From assembly GCA_038133485.1 (NCBI GenBank), contig JAYPTH010000005.1, positions 247-64,246 of the forward strand: 64,000 nt of DNA, written 5' to 3'. Origin of the DNA: Gammaproteobacteria bacterium (GTDB lineage: Bacteria; Pseudomonadota; Gammaproteobacteria; Magnimaribacterales; TMED112). Made by a program: the position numbers and the translations under genes. Below, piece after piece: positions 1 through 8,316 of the stretch (its first letter is position 1; each line of letters starts with the position of its first letter). The notes below the pieces were generated by a model. It saw only the letters and a list, made by a program, of their open reading frames with translations. It searched no databases and was not told where the DNA came from.

Positions 1-68
1 AGAGGTGGAATCGAACCACCGACACAAGGATTTTCAGTCCTTTGCTCTACCAACTGAGCTATCTGGGC
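1..68 (-). tRNA. tRNA-Phe (anticodon GAA), 3' acceptor end cut by the window edge
   Basis: Reverse complement reads GCCCAGATAGCTCAGTTGGTAGAGCAAAGGACTGAAAATCCTTGTGTCGGTGGTTCGATTCCACCTCT. It shows a D-arm, anticodon loop CTGAAAA and T-arm GGTGG-TTCGATT-CCACC. The last ~8 nt lie beyond position 1. Confidence 0.93.
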
Positions 69-83
69 AAAAGAGTGAATATA

Positions 84-2159
84 TTACTTCGTAATATTTT
101 TCAAAGCAAAGGATTGTTCGATAGAAAAGAGCTCAATTCTCTTCCATTTTGGCATGGCAACACCATTACCTGACCCGTGACCAGCTCTTGGTGTGTCGTA
201 TAGCAATACAGGATTTTCACAACCTTGATATTCTTGAATCCTCGCTGTGAATTTATAAGAATGTGAGGGCACAACTCTATCGTCTCTTCTAGCTGTTGTT
301 GTTAATGTGGGGGAGTAACATTCACCAATTTTCAATTGATGGTAGGGAGAAATTTTTAGATTCCTTTTGAAATCTACTTCGTTTTGTAGTGGACTGCCAT
401 AGTCACCGCGCCAACCCCAACCCTCAGTGAATTCAGTAAATCTCAACATATCTAGTACACCAACTGCTGGCAAAGTTGCTCCAAAGTAGTTTGGATTTTG
501 TATGAGCGTTGTACCAACCAATAGCCCACCATTTGATCTGCCACTTATTACTGTAGACTTTCTATTGCCAATGCCTTGTTCCTCTAAAAACTTGGATGCA
601 TAAAGAAAATCGTCGAATACATTTTGTTTGGTATCAAGACGACCAGCATTATGCCAATCTTTGCCTAGCTCACCGCCACCACGCAAGTTAGCAACAGCTA
701 AAACACCACCCATTTCAAGCCAGGCGACATACTTGGGCGTAAAAGATGGTCTAATCGATATGTTATAGCCCCCATAGCCGTATAAGAATATAGGCGTATC
801 TGTTGTTATGTTGATATTCTCTTTAAATGAGTAAGTGATGGGAACCATAGTGCCATCTTTGCTGGGGTAATAAGCATTTATTTCTACATATTCATTTGGA
901 TCAAAACCAGGAATTTGTTCTTCCCAAACCTTTTTAACTCCACCAGTTTCAAAATTAAAATTGAAATACCTCGTTGGCTGCGTGAAGCTTGTTGCGCTAA
1001 ATAATAATTGGTTTTCACCGATGCTTTGGAAGCTACCTAAGGTGCCATTAATAGTATCTGGTAGCTCAATATTTGCTGCCTCTCCTGTTTGGGTAAAAAA
1101 AACAATTTTGGAGTGCATGTCTAGATCAATGTAGTCAGCAATTAAGTAATCAGATACCAGAGATACTCCCTTTAAAGCAAGATCTGATTCTGAAATTACC
1201 TCTTGCATAGAAAAGTCATCGAAAAGAACTTTCACGAGCCTATATTTCGGTGCTTCAAAGTTGGTTAAAAAGTACAACCCATCTTCATCTGAGTCTACAA
1301 AATTAAAACTTGCAATATTCATTGGCGTTACTACTTCAAGTTGATCAACTGAATCACCAAAGAGATAGAAATTTTCCTCTTCTGAGCCGGTGATTACTTT
1401 AATAAGAACTCTTTCTTCATCGCCAATAAAGCTGACTGTGTAGTTTTCTTCTGGATTGACCTCGCCGTAAAACAGCTGCTCTTTGCCTGTTGTCAAATTA
1501 AAGAAGTAAATAGCGGCATCATAACTTTGTTGGCTCAAGCGTACATTGTCTGCTGGCTTTGGGTATTTGTTGTAATAGAAGCCAGATGAATCAGATTTCC
1601 ATGTAATATCAGAGAATTTAACTTCCGTAACCTCTACATCCAGTTTTTGTCCCGATTCCATATCTAAGATCTTTATGGTGCGCCAATCAACACCTCCATC
1701 TGTGACCGAATAGGCTAGATATTTTTTATTAGGACTAAGAGCGGTTTTATCTAAGTTAAGTGTTTGGTCATTTGCCCAAGTATTAGGATCTAGAATTAGC
1801 TTATCTTGATCTCCTTTCTGCAGATAAAGGTTATGTTCACTCTGACCAGAATTATAAAAATAAAAGTCGCTCTTGGGATTAAAGTAAGAGATTGAAAAGT
1901 ATTCCGAACTATAAGCCTCTCTTAAGATAGATTGAATTTCCTGAATGCTTGAGTCTGCTAAATAGTTTTTAGTAAATTCATTTTGTTTATTAGACCAATC
2001 AACTACTTCAGTACTCTGAAAATCTTCCATATAAATATATGGATCGTAAATTGTTGTGCCAGCCACGTTATAGCTACCACGTTTCTTTTCACTTTCAGGA
2101 TAATTAAACTCTGAACTGCAACTTGAAATGAGAAAAATTAGAATTAGAAATCTTATCAT
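84..2159 (-). CDS. Prolyl oligopeptidase family (S9A) serine peptidase, probable lipoprotein
   Basis: Long propeller-sized N-terminal region plus C-terminal alpha/beta hydrolase with GRSNGGLL nucleophile elbow, RDDRV and AGHG contexts. Start moved to Met27 (ATG 2159), giving signal/lipobox MIRFLILIFLISSC and a 76-nt divergent spacer. Confidence 0.85.
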   Translation of the reverse strand: MIRFLILIFLISSCSSEFNYPESEKKRGSYNVAGTTIYDPYIYMEDFQSTEVVDWSNKQNEFTKNYLADSSIQEIQSILREAYSSEYFSISYFNPKSDFYFYNSGQSEHNLYLQKGDQDKLILDPNTWANDQTLNLDKTALSPNKKYLAYSVTDGGVDWRTIKILDMESGQKLDVEVTEVKFSDITWKSDSSGFYYNKYPKPADNVRLSQQSYDAAIYFFNLTTGKEQLFYGEVNPEENYTVSFIGDEERVLIKVITGSEEENFYLFGDSVDQLEVVTPMNIASFNFVDSDEDGLYFLTNFEAPKYRLVKVLFDDFSMQEVISESDLALKGVSLVSDYLIADYIDLDMHSKIVFFTQTGEAANIELPDTINGTLGSFQSIGENQLLFSATSFTQPTRYFNFNFETGGVKKVWEEQIPGFDPNEYVEINAYYPSKDGTMVPITYSFKENINITTDTPIFLYGYGGYNISIRPSFTPKYVAWLEMGGVLAVANLRGGGELGKDWHNAGRLDTKQNVFDDFLYASKFLEEQGIGNRKSTVISGRSNGGLLVGTTLIQNPNYFGATLPAVGVLDMLRFTEFTEGWGWRGDYGSPLQNEVDFKRNLKISPYHQLKIGECYSPTLTTTARRDDRVVPSHSYKFTARIQEYQGCENPVLLYDTPRAGHGSGNGVAMPKWKRIELFSIEQSFALKNITK

Positions 2160-2235
2160 TGTTACTCCATGTACTTTCAATTGAAGAAATAATTTAAATA
2201 CAGTATTTTCTAATCTTAAGAAAACTGGTTTATCC

Positions 2236-3348
2236 ATGTTAAATAATTTGCAACAGAAAATAAAAGAAATTCACGAATCTAATTTTCGATTTGTGATTGT
2301 TTCTAGTGGAGGTGGCAGCAACGCCATAGCTTCATTATTAAAAGTTCCAGGTGCAAGTAATTCGGTATTAGAAGCTTACATACCTTATGCAAAAGAATCT
2401 TTAGATTTTTATCTGCTAAAACAGCCTGATTTTTATTGTTCAAAAGACACCTCATTGCGTATGGCAGCTAAAGCTTACAGCGCTGCTAAAAAAATTGACC
2501 AAGGTACACCCACCAATCAGCTTTTTGGTATTGCAATTACGGCTGCTCTAGCAACCAATTATGAGAAGAAAGGAGATCATAGGTTTCATATTGCATTGCA
2601 AACAGAAGATTATTCAAAAATTATTTCCTGTGTTATGAATAAAGGGCAAAGAAGCAGGCAAGAAGAAGAAGAGCTGGTAACTGCATTTGTGGTAAGTCTT
2701 ATTGCAGAATCTGTGGGGCTTGAACCCTGTTATCCAGATATAGATGAACAGTATACAGCTGGCACAGTAGAGGCTCGTGAGGGGTGGCGTGAGCTGATGA
2801 GAGAAGAGATTGATTTCATAACAAACAGTGGTGAAACACCTAAGCTAATATTTCCTGGGTCCTTTAATCCGATTCACGAAGGTCATAGAAAGATGTCCTC
2901 ATTGGCAGAGGAAAAAATCAATGAAAAAACTTTTTTTGAAATCTGCATTCAAAATGCCGATAAACCTCCATTAAGTTACCATCAGATCGAGTCGACTCTT
3001 AAACAGTTTGATCAATCGGAATGGCTGTTAACAAAAACTGGAAAATTTTCTGATAAGGCCAAGATATTTCCAGATGCAACATTTATTATTGGTGCAGATA
3101 CTCTGTCAAGAATGCTGGATGAAAAGTTTTACACAAGCCACAAAGATATGATTGAAGAATTTGAAACTTTCAATGAACAAAATTCACGCTTTCTTGTTTT
3201 TGGAAGATTTTTCCAAAACAAATTTATTACACTTTCAGATCTGAATGTACCAAAAAATATAGTTAACAGGTTTGAAGGCTTTGCAGAAGATATTTTTAGA
3301 GACGATATATCATCTACTTCAATTCGGGTCGCTAAAGGTGAGGATTAA
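2236..3348 (+). CDS. Two-domain protein: CinA-C/PncC-like domain fused to a NadD/NMNAT-like nucleotidyltransferase
   Basis: N-terminal half has VSSGGG..PGASNSVLEAYIPYAKESL, resembling ESCTGG..GSS..G.V.YSNEAK of PncC. C-terminal half has GSFNPIHEGH (HxGH) and terminal ISSTSIR (ISSTxxR), the cytidylyltransferase/NadD signatures. Confidence 0.6.
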   Translation: MLNNLQQKIKEIHESNFRFVIVSSGGGSNAIASLLKVPGASNSVLEAYIPYAKESLDFYLLKQPDFYCSKDTSLRMAAKAYSAAKKIDQGTPTNQLFGIAITAALATNYEKKGDHRFHIALQTEDYSKIISCVMNKGQRSRQEEEELVTAFVVSLIAESVGLEPCYPDIDEQYTAGTVEAREGWRELMREEIDFITNSGETPKLIFPGSFNPIHEGHRKMSSLAEEKINEKTFFEICIQNADKPPLSYHQIESTLKQFDQSEWLLTKTGKFSDKAKIFPDATFIIGADTLSRMLDEKFYTSHKDMIEEFETFNEQNSRFLVFGRFFQNKFITLSDLNVPKNIVNRFEGFAEDIFRDDISSTSIRVAKGED

Positions 3349-3606
3349 TTATTCTGGAATAAAGCCTGAAGGCTTCTGATATTCTTCATTGTTAAGAAAT
3401 AGTTCCATCTGCTCATTGAGCCACTTTCTATTTGTTTTATCTGATAAATCGAGGTGATTTTCATTGATAAGCATGGTTTGAAGATTAATCCATTCATCCC
3501 AAGCTTTTTGTGAATAGTTTTCAAGGATATGCTTGCCCTTTTCACCTGGCAGGGGGGCAAATTCTAAACTTGGAAGCTCCGTATTATATTTTTTACATAA
3601 AATCAT
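3349..3606 (-). CDS. yggX: Fe(2+)-trafficking / oxidative damage protection protein YggX
   Basis: ~85 aa with LPGEKGKHI..SQKAWDEWINLQTMLINE, matching E. coli YggX (YPGELGKRI..WQHKQTMLINE). Sits downstream of mutY as in enterics. The ATG at 3606 gives an ATGA overlap with the mutY stop; an alternative start is at 3612. Confidence 0.85.
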   Translation of the reverse strand: MILCKKYNTELPSLEFAPLPGEKGKHILENYSQKAWDEWINLQTMLINENHLDLSDKTNRKWLNEQMELFLNNEEYQKPSGFIPE

Positions 3607-4556
3607 AGGCATATCTTTATTAATTTATCAGAAATTGGTTTGGGTGTTGTTAAATTTAGTGCTTCTTCATATGTAAATGAGGAAAAATTCTTAAAGTCAG
3701 CCGAAGGCAAGAACTGAATATTTAGCTTTCGATGTGAAAGATTATGAATATATTCAGTTTCATTTTTATGCACCACTTCATATGGAAAAATCCACAAATC
3801 CTTCCAAAAACCTAATTCCTCATTTTTAATTAAAACAATCCGCTTATTATCTGTAATTAATTTAAAGTTAATAAATAATTCTTTTTTTACTGTCTGTTTT
3901 TTAGCAAGGGAGGGAAACGAGTTCTTATGGAATGATATGCATTCATCTTGCAGAGGGCATTTAAAACAAAGAGGGCTGGCTTTAGTACAGATAGTTGCAC
4001 CAATATCCATAATTCCTTGCTGAAACGAAAATGGGTCATTTTTGTCGAGCATCAATTCTGAAAATTCCCAAAACTCATTTTCGTTAAATTTATCTACATG
4101 AAATAATCGTGAGATTACTCTTTTTACATTGCCATCAAGTATGGGGTAAGGCAGGTTATAGGCAAGAGACATTATGGCGCCAGCTGTCGATTTACCGACA
4201 CCTGGAAGTTTAAGTAGGTCTTGGAAATTATCAGGGAAAACACCATTAAAGTCAGCAAAAATCATTTCTTTGGCTTTGAAGATATAGCTTGCTCTTCGGT
4301 AGTATCCAAGCCCTTTCCAGAGTTTGAGGATGTCATTTTCAGATGCATGCTTAAGAGCATTTAAATTAGGATAAGTTGATAAAAAATTTTTGAAATATCT
4401 TAATCCAGTCGCAACCTGAGTTTGTTGAAGGATTAATTCAGAAATCCATACTTTATAGGGAGATGGGTTAATGCGCCAAGGTAATTCTTTGCGCCCATTG
4501 GATTTATACCAGTCAGATACCTTCTTACCAATCAATTCTTGTGAGCTTGTCATCAA
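3603..4556 (-). CDS. mutY: A/G-specific adenine DNA glycosylase MutY
   Basis: HhH-GPD motif [12 protein letters not shown] and 4Fe-4S cluster loop C-x6-C-x2-C-x5-C ([17 protein letters not shown]). C-terminal NUDIX-like region is present. Confidence 0.9.
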   Translation of the reverse strand: MMTSSQELIGKKVSDWYKSNGRKELPWRINPSPYKVWISELILQQTQVATGLRYFKNFLSTYPNLNALKHASENDILKLWKGLGYYRRASYIFKAKEMIFADFNGVFPDNFQDLLKLPGVGKSTAGAIMSLAYNLPYPILDGNVKRVISRLFHVDKFNENEFWEFSELMLDKNDPFSFQQGIMDIGATICTKASPLCFKCPLQDECISFHKNSFPSLAKKQTVKKELFINFKLITDNKRIVLIKNEELGFWKDLWIFPYEVVHKNETEYIHNLSHRKLNIQFLPSADFKNFSSFTYEEALNLTTPKPISDKLIKICL

Positions 4557-5136
4557 TTATTGTATAAATTATTGGTTCACCAGTTGCAATTTCAAATTTT
4601 AAGATATCTGTTTCAGAAATTTCCTCAATGTATTTAACTAAGGATCTGAGCGAGTTTCCATGAGCAGCTACTAGAACATTATTTCCTGATTCAATTTTAG
4701 GCTGAATTTTTTCTTTAAAATAAGGCACAACTCTTTCGTAAGTATTCTTCAAACTTTCACCGCCGGGAGGTGGGACATCATATGATCTTCGCCATACATG
4801 TACCTGTTCATCGCCAAATTTAGCTCTGGCTTCATCCTTGTTCATACCTGTTAAATCACCATAATCTCTTTCATTTAGATTTATATTTTTTTCAGTTGGT
4901 ACATAATCTTGTCCTAAGGCACGCAATATAAGTTCTCCAGTTTTTTGGGCCCTTTGAAGCACAGAGGTGTACATAATGTCGAATGTGATATCTTTATCCT
5001 TAAGAATTTTCCCTGCTTTTTCTGCTTCTTTAATGCCTTGTGCAGTTAAGTCAGGATCTTTCCAGCCAGTAAAAAGATTTTTTTCATTCCACTCGCTCTG
5101 ACCATGCCTAACCAAGACTAAGATATTTGTTTTCAT
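4525..5136 (-). CDS. gpmA: 2,3-bisphosphoglycerate-dependent phosphoglycerate mutase
   Basis: [10 protein letters not shown] catalytic His motif, AAHGNSLR second His motif, 203 aa. Confidence 0.92.
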   Translation of the reverse strand: MKTNILVLVRHGQSEWNEKNLFTGWKDPDLTAQGIKEAEKAGKILKDKDITFDIMYTSVLQRAQKTGELILRALGQDYVPTEKNINLNERDYGDLTGMNKDEARAKFGDEQVHVWRRSYDVPPPGGESLKNTYERVVPYFKEKIQPKIESGNNVLVAAHGNSLRSLVKYIEEISETDILKFEIATGEPIIYTIIDDKLTRIDW

Positions 5137-5190
5137 GATTTATCTTTAAAATAAGTTATATATTGTATAAGCTTAGAAAAATTTTGATAT

Positions 5191-5595
5191 ATGGATTTAT
5201 TCGATTTTCTTATTTCTAGGTGGTATTTATCACTACCTTTATTTGTAACGCTTGTTTCATGGTGGATCTATGAAAATAACAAAGGCGGCAAAAAGATAGG
5301 GCCAACTGAAGCAACACAATTGGTGAATCTTGGTCAGGCCTTTTTTCTAGATATAAGAGATAGAGATGCCTATGAATCTGGCCATATTCATGGGTCAATA
5401 AATATTCCCAAAGATCAATTTAAACAACAGGAGCATTTACTAGTTAATGACAAAGCTGTAATTGTTGTATCAGAGAATGGTCTGGATGCAGGCGGGGCTG
5501 GTGTAGAGCTCAAGCAGCTCGGTGTAAAAGAAGTATTTCTACTTAAATATGGCCTTGTTTCTTGGGCAGAAGAGAGCCTCCCACTGGTAAAGTAG
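5191..5595 (+). CDS. yibN: Membrane-anchored rhodanese-domain protein (YibN-like)
   Basis: N-terminal TM helix followed by a rhodanese fold (FLDIRDRDAYESGHIHGSINIP..VIVVSENG..LPLVK). Collinear with E. coli YibN. The active-site-loop position has Ser, not Cys. Confidence 0.75.
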   Translation: MDLFDFLISRWYLSLPLFVTLVSWWIYENNKGGKKIGPTEATQLVNLGQAFFLDIRDRDAYESGHIHGSINIPKDQFKQQEHLLVNDKAVIVVSENGLDAGGAGVELKQLGVKEVFLLKYGLVSWAEESLPLVK

Positions 5596-5612
5596 AAGGC
5601 TCTAGCAATAAC

Positions 5613-7019
5613 TTAGACGCTATAGTACATATCAAATTCAACTGGATGTGTAGACATTCTTAATCTATCTACTTCTTCCATCTTTAATGCTATGTAGTCA
5701 TCAATCAGGTTATCTGTAAATACTCCACCTTCTTTTAAGAAAGCACGATCTTTATCTAAAGCTTGCAAAGCTTCATCTAATGAACTGCAAACGGTTTTGA
5801 ATCGTCTTAATTCTCTCGCAGATGCTTCATATAGATCTAAATCACCTGGTTTGCCTGGATCAATCTTATTTTTGATACCATCTAGGCCAGCCATTAGCAT
5901 TGCAGCAAAAGTAAAATAAGGGTTACCAGATGCATCTGGAAATCTAACCTCTATTCTTGCTGCTTTAGGATTGCTCTCATAAGGTATTCTTATGGAAGCT
6001 GATCTGTTTTTATTTGAATATGTAAGAATTACTGGAGCTTCGAATCCAGGCACAAGTCTTTTGTAGCTATTTGTAGTTGCATTTGAGAATGCATTGATTG
6101 CTCGAGCATGCTTCATAATTCCACCAATGTAGTAAAGCGCTGTTTGGCTTAAACCACCGTATTCATTACCAGTGAATAGGTTAACTCCATCTTTGACAAG
6201 TGATTGGTGACAATGCATGCCACTACCATTATCGCCAACAAGTGGTTTTGGCATAAATGTTGCAGTTTTACCAAAATTGAAAGCAGTATTGTGTACGCAA
6301 TACTTAAAGGTTTGTATATCATCAGCTTTCTTTGTGAGAGAGTTAAATTTAACTCCGATTTCACATTGACCAGCTGTTCCAACTTCATGGTGATGGACCT
6401 CTGTTTCAAGACCAAAATCTTGGCATGCTTTGCAAGCAGCAGCTCTAAGGTCAGCTAAAGAGTCAACAGGTGGGACTGGAAAATAACCGCCTTTCACTCC
6501 AGGCCTATGACCTAGATTTCCATCTTCGTATTCAGTATCTGTTTCCCAAGCAGCTTCTTCAGACGATATTTGGTACGACATCTTCTGCATCTCTGTTGAC
6601 CATCTAATATCATCAAAAACGAAGAATTCTGGTTCAGGACCAAAAAATGCTTCATCAGCAACACCTTCTGATCTCATAAATGCTTCAGCTTTTTTGGCTA
6701 CTGATCTAGGATCTTTTTCATAACCTAGACCATCGCTTGGTTCAACAATATCACATCTCAAAATGACCAATGGATCATCGGAAAAAACATCAAGAACGCT
6801 GGTGCTATCATCTGGCATCAGGATCATATCTGATTCATTGATTGGCTTCCAACCGGCAATAGAAGAACCATCAAACATCTTCCCTGTTTTAAAAAACCCT
6901 GCATCCACTGTATCAGCAGAGACGGTAACATGCTGCTCTTTACCTTTAGTATCAGTAAAGCGTAGGTCAACCCATTCAGCTTTTGAATCGGCAATAAGTT
7001 TTAAAGTATTTTTAGACAT
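5613..7019 (-). CDS. glnA: Glutamine synthetase type I
   Basis: 468 aa with [37 protein letters not shown] and SIRIP motifs. GGAG Shine-Dalgarno lies 8 nt upstream of the ATG. Confidence 0.97.
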   Translation of the reverse strand: MSKNTLKLIADSKAEWVDLRFTDTKGKEQHVTVSADTVDAGFFKTGKMFDGSSIAGWKPINESDMILMPDDSTSVLDVFSDDPLVILRCDIVEPSDGLGYEKDPRSVAKKAEAFMRSEGVADEAFFGPEPEFFVFDDIRWSTEMQKMSYQISSEEAAWETDTEYEDGNLGHRPGVKGGYFPVPPVDSLADLRAAACKACQDFGLETEVHHHEVGTAGQCEIGVKFNSLTKKADDIQTFKYCVHNTAFNFGKTATFMPKPLVGDNGSGMHCHQSLVKDGVNLFTGNEYGGLSQTALYYIGGIMKHARAINAFSNATTNSYKRLVPGFEAPVILTYSNKNRSASIRIPYESNPKAARIEVRFPDASGNPYFTFAAMLMAGLDGIKNKIDPGKPGDLDLYEASARELRRFKTVCSSLDEALQALDKDRAFLKEGGVFTDNLIDDYIALKMEEVDRLRMSTHPVEFDMYYSV

Positions 7020-7100
7020 AAAAATGCTCCAATTAAATTAAAAAATTTTTGCATTTTTGCTCTGCAGGATATTTAGAAATTAAACTCGATCCTGTTTAAC

Positions 7101-7154
7101 GGGCGCGTTCCTTCAGCTTTCGCTTACTTCCGTCTTCTTTCGAAGATGAACGAT
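7101..7154 (-). promoter_or_regulatory. Glutamine riboswitch-like aptamer (glnA RNA motif), copy proximal to glnA
   Basis: Minus-strand RNA AUCGUUCAUCUUCGAAAGAAGACGGAAGUAAGCGAAAGCUGAAGGAACGCGCCC. It has CGUUC/GAACG closing helix, UCUUC-GAAA-GAAGA hairpin, ACGGAAGUA core and GAAGGAACGC 3' strand. Located in the 5' leader of glnA. Confidence 0.8.
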
Positions 7155-7170
7155 TTACGTTTCCTGTAAA

Positions 7171-7224
7171 CGGCGCGTTCCTTCAGTATTCACTTACTTC
7201 CGTCTTCTTTCGAAGATGAACGAT
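7171..7224 (-). promoter_or_regulatory. Glutamine riboswitch-like aptamer (glnA RNA motif), distal copy
   Basis: Minus-strand RNA AUCGUUCAUCUUCGAAAGAAGACGGAAGUAAGUGAAUACUGAAGGAACGCGCCG, exactly 70 nt upstream of the other copy. Its small hairpin AGU-GAAU-ACU versus AGC-GAAA-GCU shows a compensatory pair change. Confidence 0.8.
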
Positions 7225-7334
7225 TTAACTCTTTACCTAAAAAGGCCCTTTTTTTACCATGGAGTATGGTGCAAAATTAAAAATGCTCATTAAATTTAGC
7301 TTTTTTCTGCCAAAATGGCAAATTTTTGATCAAA

Positions 7335-7913
7335 TTAGCTGAAATGAATCAAAATACCTGGAATTTTAGACTCTAAATCATCAAAACTATGAGATCCGCC
7401 TTGATCAACTACTATATTAGTGCCCTTAAAATATTTCTCAGCATATCTATAGTCTAAAGTTTCATCTTCAGTTTGCAGGAGGACCAAGAAATTATCTTTA
7501 TGCTGTAATTCGTCAATAAATATATCTTCAAGGCTATCGATCCAAGCTTGATCTATAAAATATTTCTCACCGGTATTTGGATTTTCATTATCTCCTCGAT
7601 TGTTTTCAAAGATCTTATATGCCCAAACGGCGGGATTGATCATGACCGCTTTGAGATTATATTTTTCTGATAAAAAGGTTGCGTAATAACCACCTAATGA
7701 GCTGCCGATTAGATGAACTTTTCGATAAGGAAGCTCATTTTCAATAATTGCTGATAATTGTTCAATTGCCTCGGTTGGGTGAGACCTTAAAGTAACAGAG
7801 GTCAGCTCAAAATGGTCATTGTCTTTAAGCTGATTCTCAAGCAATAATGCTTTACGAGCTCCTTTAAAGGAATTCCATCCATGAATATAAATAATCAAAT
7901 TTTTATTGCTCAT
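7335..7913 (-). CDS. yqiA: YqiA-family esterase (alpha/beta hydrolase, UPF0227)
   Basis: LIIYIHGWNSF N-terminus, GSSLGGYYA nucleophile elbow, C-terminal GGSHSF. Start set to the ATG at 7913 (MSNKNLIIYIHGW). Confidence 0.75.
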   Translation of the reverse strand: MSNKNLIIYIHGWNSFKGARKALLLENQLKDNDHFELTSVTLRSHPTEAIEQLSAIIENELPYRKVHLIGSSLGGYYATFLSEKYNLKAVMINPAVWAYKIFENNRGDNENPNTGEKYFIDQAWIDSLEDIFIDELQHKDNFLVLLQTEDETLDYRYAEKYFKGTNIVVDQGGSHSFDDLESKIPGILIHFS

Positions 7914-8316
7914 AGAAACCACTTGTAAGAATAATATCAAGAACCTCAGTTAAAAACCTATTTTGCTGTAATTTTTCATCTGAAGATTTTGGGAAGCTTT
8001 CCTTGCTGAAAGGAAACTTGCTAGGAGCATAACCATTAAATGAGCTTACTTCACATAATTCAGCATCATGATAGATATTTAAATTGAACTCTAGAGAGTG
8101 CAGCAGCTTATGTTCTAGATTAGAAAAATTGAGACTGCACATCCAAGTATGATTCGACAATTTCTTCTTTTTGATTTGGGCGCTATAGGCAGTTTCATGT
8201 ATTTTGTTTCTGAGTACAAATAAATCCTTTTTACTTACAGATAGAATTTTATTTATCCTGATGTAGTTCGCTGAACATACAGAAATATGACCATTAGTTT
8301 TTTTGTATTCAGACAT
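7903..8316 (-). CDS. yqiB: DUF1249 protein (YqiB-like)
   Basis: LNIYHDAELCEVSS and DEKLQQNRFLTEVLDIIL match E. coli YqiB (VRLYHDAMVAEVCS, DEKHQINQFLADWLRYCL). Sits upstream of yqiA as in enterics. Start set to MSEYKK (8316). Confidence 0.7.
   Translation of the reverse strand: MSEYKKTNGHISVCSANYIRINKILSVSKKDLFVLRNKIHETAYSAQIKKKKLSNHTWMCSLNFSNLEHKLLHSLEFNLNIYHDAELCEVSSFNGYAPSKFPFSKESFPKSSDEKLQQNRFLTEVLDIILTSGFYEQ

Noticed and set aside
1-2237. A tRNA-Phe-adjacent region (and likewise the tRNA-Ile flanks at 61960-62130) as a possible genomic island integration site.
   Set aside because: There is no integrase, no direct repeat of the tRNA 3' end, and no composition shift that I can see. The neighbouring genes are ordinary chromosomal functions.
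84-2237. N-terminal extensions offered by the ORF track. Examples: POP from 2237, L28 from 37075, rubredoxin from 10712, YqiB from 8364, FolB from 30054 and RecG from the TTG at 18345.
   Set aside because: Internal ATG starts give canonical N-termini or signal peptides that match the family, and they remove implausible overlaps with divergent neighbours.
3345-3560. A 71-aa ORF overlapping yggX in another frame.
   Set aside because: The yggX frame matches a known family along its full length. The alternative frame has no support.
6149-7041. Several 84-92-aa ORFs overlapping glnA on both strands.
   Set aside because: glnA is unambiguous across this span. The overlapping ORFs have no motifs and an atypical composition.
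7101-7224. The 70-nt-period direct repeat could be read as a mini CRISPR array, MITE or REP element.
   Set aside because: There are only two copies and no spacer-like unique segments of regular size. The internal structure and covariation match a structured RNA (glutamine riboswitch) in a gene leader.
7299-7312. Sigma54-like element TGGCAG-N6-GC on the glnA strand. glnA often has an NtrC/sigma54 promoter.
   Set aside because: The GG-to-GC spacing is one nucleotide shorter than the canonical TGGCAC-N5-TTGC geometry and the -12 region lacks TTGC. An overlapping sigma70-like TTGCCA-17-TAAATT fits better. The question cannot be settled without TSS data.
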